This document shows positions 16,120 to 34,066 of a DNA stretch of 64,000 nucleotides, piece by piece. Both the position numbers and the translations under genes were made by a program. The notes under the pieces were generated by a model that did no database searches, had not been told where the DNA came from, and saw only the letters and a program-made list of their open reading frames with translations. Origin of the DNA: Eledone cirrhosa (taxonomy: Eukaryota); assembly GCA_964016885.1 (NCBI GenBank), contig OZ024743.1:113894001-113958000 (forward strand). The letters run 5' to 3'. The stretch's first letter is position 1; the number at the start of each line of letters is the position of its first letter.

Positions 16120-16276
16120 CATACATATATATATACATACATATATATATACATATATATATACATACATATACATACATATATATATACATACATATAT
16201 ATATACATATATATATATACATACATATATATATACATACATATATATATATATATATATACATATATATATACAT

Positions 16277-16908
16277 GGTGGCTGCCAACTCGTTTTCGAG
16301 TACGGCCACTACTTTATATCCATGTTGGAGAACTCTTACCGATGCGCTGAACGAATGTGACTTTAGTCCAGCCAGCGACTTGAAAACTCTGGTACAAACA
16401 CTACACTTGTGACAATTATTGACACATAGTGCTTTGCCTTTGGTACCATGTGATGACAAGTGCAGAGAGATCTCCAGATATAAAGCAATGCCCGTGCCGT
16501 GAAGCTTTTATAGTGAGCAAAGGCACTGCACAAAGCCAGTCCCACTCTCTTAACCAAGATGATATTTACCAAAAAGAAAAACAAGTCAACATCATTGGAT
16601 ACCATCAGATTTGCAGGTGTTATATCAGAGTTTTCCTTCTCCTAGAATTCTGCCTTGACAAAGGCTAAGGGGTCATCTCTCCCGGTGATTTTGGATGGCC
16701 ATTGACTCTTAAGAGCTCATTTGCCCTTTGACAGGTTTTGTTTTTAGTCCTGCAGGATGTCCAAAGTCACCCTCCTCACCAAGAAACCTTGGTGGGGTTG
16801 CCAGTTTAGTCGCCAACGACCCGACCATGGTACAGGTTGTACTGGAATACATGTTACCAGTAGCACCAAGTGGTGACCTGACATGACAGCACCAAGTGGT
16901 GACCTGAC
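16277..16908 (-). mobile_element. Bipartite, internally deleted non-autonomous RTE-type element
   Basis: 5' part (16660-16908) resembles an RTE 5' UTR (ggcgactaaactggcaacccc...gaggagggtgactttggacatcc). 3' part encodes a C2H2-like remnant [18 protein letters not shown] and ends in the hairpin ctcg-aaaa-cgag. No RT. A 23-bp duplication sits at the 5' end. Confidence 0.7.
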
Positions 16909-16998
16909 ATATATATACATACATATATACATACATATATATATATATATATACACACATATATATATATATATACACATATATATATATATATACAC

Positions 16999-17051
<53 letters not shown>

Positions 17052-17070
17052 CATATATACATATATATAC

Positions 17071-17157
<87 letters not shown>

Positions 17158-17254
17158 CACATATATATATATATATACACATATATATATATATACACAT
17201 ATATATATATATATACACATATATATATATACACATATATATATATATATACAC

Positions 17255-17287
<33 letters not shown>

Positions 17288-17288
17288 C

Positions 17289-18587
17289 GTTTAAGACCGG
17301 ATGCCCATGGGAACTCCTGTATGCTGATGACCTCGCACTCATAGCTGAATCTATGGTAGAACTAGAGAATAAATTCCAAACCTGGAAGCAGGGACTAGAG
17401 AGAAAGGGCCTCAAAGTCAACATGACAAAGACTAAGGTCCTTATAAGTAGACGAGAAAACAGAACCCAGATCCCCTCAGGGAAATGGCCTTGCTCAGTAT
17501 GTAGGAAAGGTGTAGGTAGGAACTCCATTCTTTGCCCCAAATGCAAACAATGGGTACACAAGAGATGTAGCGGGATCTCAGGAAGCTTAATTAAGAATGT
17601 AGGATTCACATGCAGCAGCTGTGCTGAAACAGCAAGCAAACAGCCACAGGAAACAAGTACCACCAATCTCTGGGAGGGCCCTGTAGAAACAGTAGACAGC
17701 TTCTGCCACCTAGGTGACCGAATTAGCAACGGAGGTGGGTGCTCAGAAAGTACAATAACTAGGGTAAGAACGGGATGGAAGAAGTTTAGGGAACTACTAC
17801 CACTGCTAGCTGCAAAAGGCTTCTCCCTCAGAATGAAAGGCAGACTGTATGATGCGTGTATCCGAACAACGATGTTGCATGGTAGTGAGACCTGGGCGCT
17901 GAAGGTGGAAGACTTACGTAGATTAGAGAGAAACGAAGCCTGCATGCTCCGATGGATGTGTAACAGTAATATACGTGAACGACAAAGCATAAATGAATTG
18001 AGAGAGAGACTGAGCATAAGAGGAATCAAATGCTGCGTGCAGGAGAGGCGGTTACGCTGGTATGGACATGTGATGCGTATGAAGGATGACAGCTGCATAA
18101 AAAGGTGCAGAGCACTAGAAGTTGATGGAAACCGCGGAGTGGGGAGACCCAAGATGACTTGGGATGAGGTGATAAAAGCCGACCTTACCCAACTACACCT
18201 CTCAAAGTCAATGACACACGACCGTGACTTCTGGCGTCACGCAGTAATACAGGGTACCCGACCTCCCATGGGTACATGCTGAAGCATATAAACAATATGC
18301 CCCCCCCCCCCACCGCAAGGTGGTCGTGGAGGTGCCACGGCAAAAAAAAGCACCCAGCCCACACTGTAAAGTGGACGTGTAGGCGCCACGAAAAAGCACC
18401 CAGCACTCACTGTAAATGAGGTTGGTGTTAGGAAGGGCATCCAGCTGTAGAAATCAAGCCAGATCAGTTCCTGTATGAGCAAGGCATGGTCAGCCGACCA
18501 GACACTGCCCACAACAGGACAACCCGTCTAACCCATGCTAGCGTGGAAGAACGGACGTAAAACGGTGATTATGATGATGATGATGAT
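17289..18587 (+). mobile_element. RTE LINE, second subfamily, 5'-truncated just before YADD
   Basis: Open frame to 18282, homologous to the 621-aa ORF but with many synonymous differences and a different 3' UTR; (GAT)n tail; TA arrays on both sides. Confidence 0.92.
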
Positions 18588-18697
18588 ACATATATATACA
18601 TATATATATATATACATATATATATACATATATACATATATATATATACATATATACATATATATACATATATATATATATACATATATACATATAT

Positions 18698-20930
18698 GAG
18701 GTGTTCAGGATTGCTAGGCAATGCGTCAAGGAAAACCGTGATATTGTCGGGGAGAAGTGTGTACTAAACGACGATGGCACACTTGCCATCACCGACGCTG
18801 ATAAGAAGGTAGCTTGGAAGTGTCACTATGAAAGGCTTCTAAATGAGGAGAATAATTGGGAGAAAGGCAGTCTCCCCCATATCGACCCAATAGAGGGACC
18901 AGCAGTGTTAGTCGAGGGGAGTATAATAAGTAAGGCAATCAAGGATATGAAGACTGGTAAGGCGGCTGGGCCTTCGGAAATAGTTGCTGAGATGCTGAAG
19001 GCATCTGGCACGGTGGGACACACCATGGTCACCCGCATAGTTAACCAAGTCGTACAAAACGGGGTTGTTCCGAAGGACTGGCATAGCAGCATCATCATTA
19101 ACTGTTATAAGGGTAAAGGAGACGCCCTAGATAGGAGTAACTATAGAGGCATTAAATTAATCGACCAGGTCATGAAGGTCACGGAAAGAGTAATAGCGCA
19201 GCTAATCAGAGAGAGAATTGACCTAGATGAAATGCAGTTCGGGTTTGTGTCAGGCAAAAGTACCACAGACGCTCTTTTCATAGTACGACAACTACAAGAG
19301 AAGTACCTAGCTAAAGGTAAACCCCTCTACTTAGCTTTTGTCGACTTGGAGAAAGCCTTCGACAGAGTCCCCCGCTCCATTATCTGGTGGGCTCTTAGAA
19401 AACTAGGCGTTGACGAATGGCTTGTGAGGGCTATACAAGCCATGTATAAAGAAACAGTCAGCAAGGTTAGAATTAACAACGAATATAGTGAAGAGTTTAG
19501 CGTAAAAGTCGGCGTCCATCAGGGCTCTGTTCTCAGTCCACTACTATTTATTATTGCCCTTCAGGCCATAACAGAGGAGTTCAAGACAGGCTGCCCATGG
19601 GAACTCCTATACGCAGACGACCTGACACTCATAGCGGAATCAATGGCCGAGCTAGAGAAGAAATTCCAAACATGGAAGCACGGCCTAGAGTCAAAAGGAC
19701 TTAAAATTAACCTGGCTAAGACCAAAGTACTAGTTTGTAGGAAAGAAAACAAGGCGGCGGTCCCTTCTGGGAAATGGTCGTGCTCGGTGTGTAGGAAAGG
19801 CGTAGGTAGAAACTCCATTTTATGTCCTAAATGCAAAGTATGGGTGCATAAAAGATGTAGTGGGATCACAGGTAGGCTAACTAAGAACATAGATTTTACA
19901 TGTGGCCGGTGCTCTGGTGCAATAAGTAGCAGCAAGTGCCCACAAACTACTAGCTCTTTCAATTGCGCAGAGGGTTCTATAGAAATAGTGGACAGCTTCC
20001 GTTACCTGGGCGATAAAATCAGCAGTGGAGGAGGGTGCTCTGAAAGTACTGTAGCTAGAGTCAGAACTGGTTGGAAAAAGTTCAGAGAGCTTATACCACT
20101 ATTAGCTGCTAAAGGGTTCTCACTAAAAATGAAAGGCAGGTTGTACGATGCCTGCATACGAACAGCAATGCTGCATGGCAGTGAGACCTGGGCATTGTGT
20201 GCAGAGGATATACGCAGACTAGAGAGGAACGAAGCTTGCATGCTCCGCTGGATGTGTAACAGTAATATACGTGAACGGCAAAGCATAAACGAACTAAGGA
20301 ATAAATTAGAGATAAGAGGGATCAGATGTTGTTTACTCGAGAGAAGGCTACGTTGGTATGGACACGTGATGCGCATGAAAGTCGATAGCTGTATAACAAA
20401 GTGCAGGGCAATAAAGATAGACGGTAGTCACGGAATAGGCAGACCTAGAAAAACCTGGGACGAGCTGATAAACTCCGACATCACACACTTACACCTCTCC
20501 AAGACAATGTCACTGGACCGAGACCTTTGGCGGTACTCAGTAACAGAGAAGACCCGCCTTACCTAAATATATAGTAAAACCTACTCCAGCCAGTAGGCAT
20601 CTCTAACAAATACACCCCGTCCCACCACCCCCACCCGATCCACACCACCCCGTTCTATGTAAAGTTATGTTGGTGCCGCGCCATCGAGGCCGAAACAAAT
20701 GAGATCGTGTAGGTGTCACGACAAAAAAACACACAGTCCACGCTGTAATGTGGCCGTGTAGGCAACACGGTAAAAACCTCCCAGACCCACACTGTAAATG
20801 TGGTTGGTGTTAGGAAGGGCATCCAACTGTAGAAAACCTGCCAGACAGTCCTCTCAAGTGGGACTACCCCCGTCCAAACCCATGCAAGCGTGGAACACGG
20901 ACGTTAAACGCTGATGATGATGATGATGAT
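18698..20930 (+). mobile_element. RTE-clade LINE, 5'-truncated, with open RT ORF, 3' UTR and (GAT)n tail
   Basis: ORF 18701-20566 has RT motifs ([37 protein letters not shown]) and the RTE C-terminus ([21 protein letters not shown]). Flanked by TA arrays. Confidence 0.93.
18701..20566 (+). CDS. RTE reverse transcriptase (no APE domain, no native start) with internal C4HC3 PHD-type finger
   Basis: 621-aa uninterrupted frame; motifs as above; CSVC...CPKC...WVHKRC...CGRC at 19781-19912. Confidence 0.85.
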   Translation: MFRIARQCVKENRDIVGEKCVLNDDGTLAITDADKKVAWKCHYERLLNEENNWEKGSLPHIDPIEGPAVLVEGSIISKAIKDMKTGKAAGPSEIVAEMLKASGTVGHTMVTRIVNQVVQNGVVPKDWHSSIIINCYKGKGDALDRSNYRGIKLIDQVMKVTERVIAQLIRERIDLDEMQFGFVSGKSTTDALFIVRQLQEKYLAKGKPLYLAFVDLEKAFDRVPRSIIWWALRKLGVDEWLVRAIQAMYKETVSKVRINNEYSEEFSVKVGVHQGSVLSPLLFIIALQAITEEFKTGCPWELLYADDLTLIAESMAELEKKFQTWKHGLESKGLKINLAKTKVLVCRKENKAAVPSGKWSCSVCRKGVGRNSILCPKCKVWVHKRCSGITGRLTKNIDFTCGRCSGAISSSKCPQTTSSFNCAEGSIEIVDSFRYLGDKISSGGGCSESTVARVRTGWKKFRELIPLLAAKGFSLKMKGRLYDACIRTAMLHGSETWALCAEDIRRLERNEACMLRWMCNSNIRERQSINELRNKLEIRGIRCCLLERRLRWYGHVMRMKVDSCITKCRAIKIDGSHGIGRPRKTWDELINSDITHLHLSKTMSLDRDLWRYSVTEKTRLT

Positions 20931-21000
20931 ACATATATATATACATATATATATATACATATATATATATATACATATATATACATATATATATATATAC

Positions 21001-21041
<41 letters not shown>

Positions 21042-21072
21042 TACATATATACATATATATACATATATATAC

Positions 21073-21107
<35 letters not shown>

Positions 21108-21127
21108 CATATATAATATATATATAC

Positions 21128-21196
<69 letters not shown>

Positions 21197-21199
21197 CAT

Positions 21200-22883
21200 A
21201 TAATATAAGATCAAAAGATGGTTAAAGGAGTTCCATATATTTTATTATGCGCATTTCAAAAACAAACATCATCAAGCAATAATATTTGTGTTTGCCTCGA
21301 TAAAAACTTAATTTATGAATGTAAAATTATAACTAGCACCAATTCCTTCACCTATTTTGGCTCCACTTCCACCTCTTTTAAAGCTCGTCTCTATAATCAT
21401 CATTCATCTTTCAAATACAAATTCATCTTTCAAATACAAACTTAAAAGAACTAACACTGCTCTCTCAGAACTCATATGGTCCTTAAAAGACAAAAACATT
21501 AAATATAACATCTTTTGGAAAAAGATTTCTTCTGCATCCTCATACTTGAACAGCTCTCTATCTAAAATCTGTAATCTCTGCCTAAATGAAAAATTTACCA
21601 TTATCTCTAACCTAGATTCTATAATAAACAGACGCTCAGATTTGTTTTCTATCTGCATAAATTCCATAGAACTTTTCACAAAGTATACAGTTAATATTCA
21701 ATTCTTTATCAATTTAGAATCTTTTCTCAAAGGCACATATACATACACCTCTTTAAAATATACCCATCTACCTTACCTTACTTTATAGGGCATTATACAC
21801 TCTATAATACTCGTTTACTCATTACCCTCATTCTATCTTCTCGTAAAATAATAACATTTGTTTTTGACATTTTGAATATTCATCCGCAATCATTATTATT
21901 TTTTCTCTCTATCATAAATCTTCTTAATCTCAATTTCATCCTTAATTTATTATTATTTTTTTCTCCCCATCAACGAACTCATTATTAATACATATCAATT
22001 CAATATACAAACTTTAACTTCACATTATTTTTCTCAAATCCTTCTACACACAAACCATAACAACTTTTCTCTTCGCTAATTTTGAAATTGCCACAATACA
22101 TACATTTCTTCTTTTGACGTTAGAATATTCACCCACAATTATTATTTTTTTCTCTCTATCTTCATACATAATTTCCCTTCGTTAATTTTCAAATTCCTTT
22201 AATTTATACATTATCTTCCACCGGTTCCCAACCTCTCTATATCAAAACAAAATATCTTTTTCTCAGTTATAAAAACTATCTCTTTCTCTCTATCACCCAT
22301 CTCTCCCTCTCCACCTTCACTCTCATCTCCTCGCCCCCTATTTTTCATCCTCCCCCCCCCCATCCCCCCATCCCTAAATAAAATATTTTTTCCTCGCACA
22401 TATCCTCCCTTCGTTAATTTTCAAAATTTTTAATTTATACAGTATCTTCCAACGGTTTTCAACCCCTCTATGTAAAAAATATATCTCCTCTCAGTTATAA
22501 AAACTATCTCTTTCTCTCTATCACCCATCTCTCCCTCTCATCTCCTTCCCTTTTCATCCTTCCCCCCCCCCCCTCTCTAAATAAAATATTTTTCCCAATA
22601 TCACACATCAATCTAAAACCACTTTTCATATGTTGATTTAAAACTGCACTATCAACAAGTGTTTTTTAGCCTTCATATCATGTTCTCCTGTTTTATCTGA
22701 TGAAAACACAAATATTATTGCTTGATGATGTTTGTTTTTGAAATGCGCATAATAAAATATATGGAACTCCTTTAACCATCTTTTGATCTTATATTATGCA
22801 TACTCCAGTCCCACAAACTGTAGAGTGCTTCTTATCCGATATCTGCATTGCTTTATTGTACTACAATAAAACTCACCTCCTAC
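21200..22883 (+). mobile_element. 5'-truncated Penelope-like retroelement with inverted pseudo-LTR and GIY-YIG remnant, inserted in (TA)n
   Basis: Perfect 94-bp inverted repeat 21200-21293 / 22704-22797. Frameshifted GIY-YIG C-terminus LIYECKI...TYFGSTSTSFKARLYNH...TALSELIW...CNLCLNEK...NRRSDL (about 21294-21655), broken by a 19-bp duplication at 21402-21439. Hammerhead in the repeat; TA arrays on both sides. Confidence 0.82.
22691..22757 (+). ncRNA. Type I hammerhead ribozyme in the pseudo-LTR of a Penelope-like element
   Basis: Stem I ttttat/ataaaa; CTGATGA; long stem II (aaacacaaatatta...tgatgtttgttttt); GAAA; palindromic stem III ATGCGCAT; AUA cleavage triplet. Confidence 0.8.
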
Positions 22884-27732
<4,849 letters not shown>

Positions 27733-29674
27733 TGTGGTTATATCATATATCCATGATTAGTTTTTCTGTCACAAACATCGATCAATAAACACTGGTGTAA
27801 ACAGGATTAAGATCTTGATGTCAGTATACCATTCCTCATATTATATGGGATCATGCAGGTCTGTTTACAATGGAGTATTGATATGTTAATGAAGTAGAAG
27901 GCAATACGGTTATACTTCACCAAATTTTATTTATTACATAATAGCCGTTATATGTATTTCCAAGGTATCAGTTATATAATTTTAAACCTTCAGATATGAT
28001 CTTATCAGACAGCTCCTAACTGTATAAATATTAGTGATGTAATTTGTTGATATATATCAACCAAGAGGTTTCAGATGTTGAGTTTCCATTGCTTGGTTTT
28101 TATATATATTTATTTTTATTTTTCTCTTCTTGGCTAAGCTGTTGCACACTGCATCATCAGTTGAGGCACATTTATATTGATTTATCCCTTTTTTTGTGTG
28201 TGTATGTGGGGTGGGGTGGGGGGTATTTATGTAATTGTCGAAAGGCACAATTCACACTGTTTCCCAGTTTTGTCCTGTTACTGTCATACATGCACTGGAC
28301 TGAATATTATCAACTTTAATGCAACAAAACTATATGGATTTCTAGAAGTTGACTGAAGAGAAGGGACTGTTTGCTTGTTCCATTGTTTTTCTGTGTCATT
28401 TCTCTCAGTGGCTAGATAGTCACCACTCCATTCTATGCCCTTTCTTCTAATTTAGACAGAAAGCCAGCAAATTTGGAGGAAGGATAAGTTGATTAAATCA
28501 ACCCCAGTACTTGACTGGTACTTTATCTTATTGACCCCAGAAGGATAAAGGCAAAGATGATCTCGACAGGATTTGAACTCAGAATGTATAAAGCATCTTG
28601 TGCAAACCTCTACCATTTCTACCAATCCACCAGCTAACCCATTATATATTGAAATAATAAAATAATCCTCTTTTCCACCATGAATTTAATGAGAAAAATT
28701 ACGACATTCTGGTGTTAAATAGGTAATAACAAAGACCAGCAATTTTGTTTTTCTCTTTTGTTAAATAAATATTTATAATAATTTCATATTCAAAGGTAGT
28801 TGGTGTAATTTGCTTCAAAATTAGAAGATAAACTTGAAATACAAAGAAAAACATAAAATAATAACAATGATGATGATGATGATGATGATAATAATAATGA
28901 TTATAATAATAATAATGGACTCTGATTTAAGCACAAGGCCAACAATTTTGGAAGAGGGTTAGTCAATTAACTTGAGCCCAGTGCATTACTGGTACTTTAT
29001 TTTATCGACCGCGAAAGGATGAAAGGCAAAGCTAACCTCGGCGAGATTTGAACTCAGAATGGACGTAACTAAATGCAGCAAAGCATGTTATCCAATGCTC
29101 TACCAATACTGACAATCCACTGCTCTTCATGATAATAATGGTTTCTTATATAGGCACAAAGCCAGCAATTTTGGGGGAAGGGAAAGTTGATTAAATGACC
29201 CCAGTGCATGACTGGTAATTTATTTTATCGCCCCCAAAAGGATGAAAGGCAAAGTTAACCTTGGCGGGATTTGAACTCAGAATTTAAAGGGACGTAACTA
29301 TATGCTGCAAAGCATGTTGTTCAATGCTCTACCAATACTGCCAATCCACTGCTCTTGATGATAATAATAATAACAACAACAATGATGATAATAATGATGA
29401 TGTGGTAACAATCATAAATAGAAAAAATAAAGCAAGATATAGGGAAAACCTTTAGTAAATTTTCATTCAAGATTCAAATACAATCAGATTTGCTATAAAT
29501 AAACTATTAGAGCGCACTATTTTGCTTAACTATAATCAAATATGCCAAGCTTTTGATATAGCATGTAATTTTTAAAAAAATAATATTACTAGAACAAAAT
29601 AAGTAAACTAAGTAATGATAATAAAGATTAGAATTTGAAAAAGTGTATAAAAAAAACAAAAAAACCTACAAGAT

Positions 29675-29699
29675 TTATCCAGCGCTATGAGACAAAAAC
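29675..29699 (-). CDS. Candidate terminal coding exon of the receptor (RFLSHSAG-stop)
   Basis: Strong acceptor ctctgtccttttttccacag|G, phase-2 compatible with the TM exon; stop after 8 residues. Other chance acceptors nearby (near 31860 and 28842) also give very short tails, so the choice is uncertain. Confidence 0.3.
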
Positions 29700-32605
29700 C
29701 TGTGGAAAAAAGGACAGAGGTGGAATATCCAAATTGTTATGCAAACCAAAAGGTGATATATACTAAACGTCAACTTAAAATAACAATATGGAAATATGAA
29801 ATCATAAGAAACAGTCATAAAATGAAATGAAAAATAGAACAAAACTCTGCTGCTATATTTTATGAAAAACAAAGAACTGGAAAAATTTGTTTTAATTAAG
29901 CAAACAGGATTCATTAGTTGTCAGCTATGTCATAACACTTTGGTTGAACAATAATTTAAATATAGAATCATGCAGGTGGCAGTCAATAGGGTTGTTTTAT
30001 TTAACCCTCTAGCATTTAAACCGGCCGTATCCGACCAGAATTCTCTCACCGCTTTCTGTTCAAACTGGCTGTAACTGGCTGCTCATACTGATGTTAAGGT
30101 ATACTTCTTAAAATCTCATAGATTCAATATTATGTGAGATTATTTTGTGAGATAAAGCTTTTAATATGAAAATACAATAGTAAATATAGAGTAATGTAAA
30201 TGCTAAAGGGTTAAGGAAATTTTAAACTATACAAATCTTTGAGGCAGGTACCATAACCAAGTGTTTGATATTCTGAGTGAGAAGTATTTGATTAGCTATT
30301 TTTAATATATGAGTGTTTTAAGTTTTTTAACCATTATTTACCATGTAGTATTTGACTGCACAAAATTAAATTTAGAATGACACAAAATTAGATTTAGATC
30401 TGTACAAAATTAAATTTAGATTTGCACAAAATTAAATTTAAAACTACATAAGCAGGGTTCAACTGCATGTCAAAATAATTACTGACAGTCAATAATCATC
30501 AGACAACTAGCATTTGGGGGTTTTGTCAGTATTTACTTTACTGTGTACAATCTAGTACACTTAACTGTGCATGGATACCACGGGATGGTATAGTTCATTA
30601 CTATAAGTTGTGATACTGCAAACTGAATAAATGTTCTTTGTTTTGTTTTTTCTGTAAGCTTGCAAATCTGGGATCAATATCTCCCATGGTTTACAGTTAA
30701 AATACTCTCCCAGCACTTCAACTAAAATCTTCAAGTGTAGAGTGGGTGTGAGAAGGTGCATAGTTAGTGGTTTAGGTGCTAGGTTTACCATCATAATGTC
30801 ATGGGTTTGTTCTTGGACAAGGTGGCGCATTGTGTTATTGTGCAAAACACTTAATTTCAGGTTGTTCCAATAAACCCAACTGAAAATGAGTACCAACAAC
30901 AGTAGTTGGAGGTTAACCTTGCAATGAACTGGCTTTCTGTACATGGGTAAATGGATGTCTTGTACTTTCAGTCACTTAATGCAAATGAAACTAGGAAAAG
31001 CAGTGACCTGATGAACCTCCAGGCCTAAGACAGACTTTAACACTGGTTGTAGACATAGTTTCTAATTCTCTCAAACATGAAAATGCTTTGTTTTTGTTTT
31101 TCATTTTGATTTATATTGTATTGGACCTCTGTCGATTCTGATGAGTGCTCCAGTTGATTCAATCAATGGAACAGCTTGCTCATGAAAATAATGGGCAAGT
31201 CATTAAGCATTTCACAGACACATGTACCTGTATCATAGTTTGCAGGGAGATCCAACATGACAAACTGTGTGACAAGGATGGCCCATTAATTACAGGCACC
31301 AACTCATTTTTTTCCCACTCAGTGGATTGGAGTAGCACCAAATAAAGTGTCTTGTTCAAGGACACAATACACTACTAGGAATTAAACTCATGAACTTACA
31401 AACATAAGATGAATACCCTAACTTTTAAGGCATGCACCTTCACAGATTTACAACATTAGTCTTATCAAACATATTGGGGGTGGAGAAAAAGAGAGAAAGA
31501 TAGTAAATTAAAAATGTAGTGAGGCTACTCCTATATATATATATATAATTAACATGATATAGTGAACTAAAACATTCAACCACGAGAGAGAAAAAAAAAT
31601 CACTAATGTTAACAAGAATTCTTTTCAAGAAAAGCAAGGAAAAGAAGTGTAAAAATTGAACTGATTAAAAATTAAGTTGGGGACATACAGTGGTGTGTCA
31701 GTCTGGTCTTTAATGTCTAAAGGTTATGATCTTGTTTACAAAACTCTACAATATTATGACTAACAAAATTAGATTTGTAGTATGATAATATATATTTAGT
31801 TGTAATCTGGAAGGTCTTTGTTAGTGTAGTAATAGAATAATCAACAAATGTCAGGAAAGTCTAAAAACAATATAGGAAAATCATTCAATGTTTTGGACAG
31901 TGGTCCTACATCAACAAGGTAAAAATAATGAAAAAAGGTTATATGAAAAGCAATGCTGCTCACAGTGAAGACATGATGAATAAAACAAACCAGAAGTGTG
32001 TAGGCTGGTGTGTTGCAGACAAAAGAGTGAGAGTGAAGCACGATGAGCAAAAACCAATTTCTTTATCACTTTTGTCAACATCTTCCACCCTGTCTTAGAT
32101 TCTATATTTTTCATCTCCACAGCTACTTTTAACTTCATGGATAATCTGTATTTCTATTCACAACTCAAACTTCTTCACCTCCATCATTACAAACCCATTA
32201 ACCACCATTCCTACATTAATTTCACTCACATACCACTCAGTGACATTATTTCTAAATTATGTTTATGTTTATCTATCTAATGGACACAATATATTATAAA
32301 CACTATAAACTTCTATACCACAAACCTGGGATAGTTGCTATAGACCTATATTAGGCTATATATTTAGGTATGGGAAATCTAACTTCTCTATGTGAAAGAT
32401 TAATAGAAACAAAATGGTTTAATTATCTATTTTTAAATAAAATTATGAAATTTCCTCATTTCTAGATATTAATTATTTTTCTTAAATTGCTACTGTTATT
32501 TTGCTAAAGACCAATGTTTCAACTGTTATATATATATATAAATAAATATGTATAAGAATTTTAAATAAAACTGAATCAACTGAATATGACCTCCGATCTT
32601 TTATT

Positions 32606-32658
<53 letters not shown>

Positions 32659-32699
32659 ATGATATTAATAAATGGAAACTATCTTTATAAAACCATATT

Positions 32700-32760
32700 T
32701 ATTCTATTATATATATTTCAAGGGTACCAAAACTTTGGTACGCTCTCATCAGATAAAATA
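32700..32760 (-). ncRNA. Type I hammerhead ribozyme (left arm, reverse complement of 32912-32972)
   Basis: Exact inverted copy of the motif on the opposite strand. Confidence 0.75.
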
Positions 32761-32911
32761 CAAAGTTTGTTTTATAAATATTGACATATCCAGGAACGCG
32801 ATCTTAACAGTTCAAGTTTTACCTGGATAAACTTGATAAACTTTACCAGGTAAAACTTGAACTGTTATGATCTCGTTCCTGGATATGTCAATATTTATAA
32901 AACAAACTTTG

Positions 32912-32972
32912 TATTTTATCTGATGAGAGCGTACCAAAGTTTTGGTACCCTTGAAATATATATAATAGAATA
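32912..32972 (+). ncRNA. Type I hammerhead ribozyme (right arm of palindromic element)
   Basis: Stem I tattttat/atagaata; CTGATGA; stem II gag-c-gtaccaa/ttggtac-c-ctt; GAAA; stem III ATATATAT; then UA. Confidence 0.75.
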
Positions 32973-33106
32973 AATATGGTTTTATAAAGATAGTTTCCAT
33001 TTATTAATATCATTGATATTATACTCCAGAAAAGCTGTTGAGTGCTTCGAATCAGTTAAATATATATATTTGTTGAATTACCAACAAATTAAATATCCCT
33101 TTGCTT

Positions 33107-33167
<61 letters not shown>

Positions 33168-33212
33168 CATACATACATCCATATCACACACACACATATA
33201 TATATGTATGTA

Positions 33213-33805
33213 TAAATGAATAAAAAATATGGATGAAGACAGGAAAATAAATGAATACACAGTCCCATCTCATCAGTCGACCACTAAAGATATGTTGTTG
33301 CAGTGCTTTAAGATTGATACAACAGGCTCTGGTGTACAAGTGACAGTAACACTTGGACAAGACTATTTATAGGACATGATAAAAGTCTTAACGACTACTT
33401 ACGGTCGTTACGACTCTCGTCTTGTCCTTTGTCCATGTGTTACTGTCCCTTGTGCACTATAGCCAGTTGTATCAATCTTAACCCTCTAGCATTTAAACTG
33501 GCTGTATCCAGCCAGAATTCTCTTACCTCTTTCTGTTCAAACCAGCCATAACTTGCTACTCATACTGATGTAAAGGTAGTGTTCTCAAAATAAATATCAA
33601 AATCTCATAGATTCGATATTATGTGAGATAATTATATGAAGTAAAGCTTTTACCACAAAAAAAATAATAGTATATATAGAGTAATGTAAATGCTAAAAGG
33701 GTTAAAGCACTGAAAGAACATATCTATAGCAGTCAACTTAAGAGATGGGACTACTGCCTGTATTCGTTCATTTCCCTGTCTTTGCCCACATTTTTGATTC
33801 AATCA
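33213..33805. mobile_element. Old fold-back element split by a TTAA MITE
   Basis: Removing the MITE at 33478-33705 restores an imperfect palindrome (cagtgctttaagattgatacaac / gttgtatcaatcttaa-agcactg), centred on a hairpin at about 33385-33415. A CTGATGA remnant lies on the minus strand at 33270-33276; TA tracts on both flanks. Confidence 0.6.
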
Positions 33806-33834
33806 TGTTTTTAGCCAAGTAGAACTCTTTTTTT

Positions 33835-33883
<49 letters not shown>

Positions 33884-33981
33884 TGTGTGTGTGTGTGTAA
33901 GAGAGAAAGATGAAGCTTGTCCTTGATGAGAAGAAGAGGCAGTAGCAGGAGCAAGACAAAGACAACGAAAGCTGTATTTAC

Positions 33982-34066
33982 CTGACTGCACATATGCAGC
34001 TGAGAATGAGACATATGAAGATAATAATGGAGATGATAATTGCAGCAATGGCTTCTGAAGTAAGCT
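33982..34066 (-). CDS. Cytokine receptor exon J (transmembrane helix)
   Basis: tttttcttttttcag|AG...GTCAG|gtaaat; phases 1 to 2. (K)LTSEAIAAIIISIIIFICLILSCICAV(R/S): about 23 hydrophobic residues directly after the last FN3. Confidence 0.87.

Larger units (their letters stand above)
32655..33110 (+). mobile_element. Non-coding palindromic Penelope-derived element (about 172-bp arms, about 19-bp spacer, plus tail) in (TA)n
   Basis: Arms 32655-32826 / 32846-33017 are near-perfect inverted repeats, each with a hammerhead. The tail carries ACTCC...GAGTGCTT and ends in TAC then (AT)n. Confidence 0.78.

Noticed and set aside
30561-30721. KPWEILIPDLQ...YHPV as a Box1-like cytoplasmic exon
   Set aside because: The plausible acceptor (gattttag|TT) is phase 1 while the TM exon ends in phase 2, and the upstream part of the ORF is SINE-derived. 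It would need an unseen intervening exon.
31911-32220. Phase-compatible ORF MKLKVAVEMK... as the receptor tail
   Set aside because: Purine-rich acceptor context; the region reads like a decayed LINE AP-endonuclease segment.
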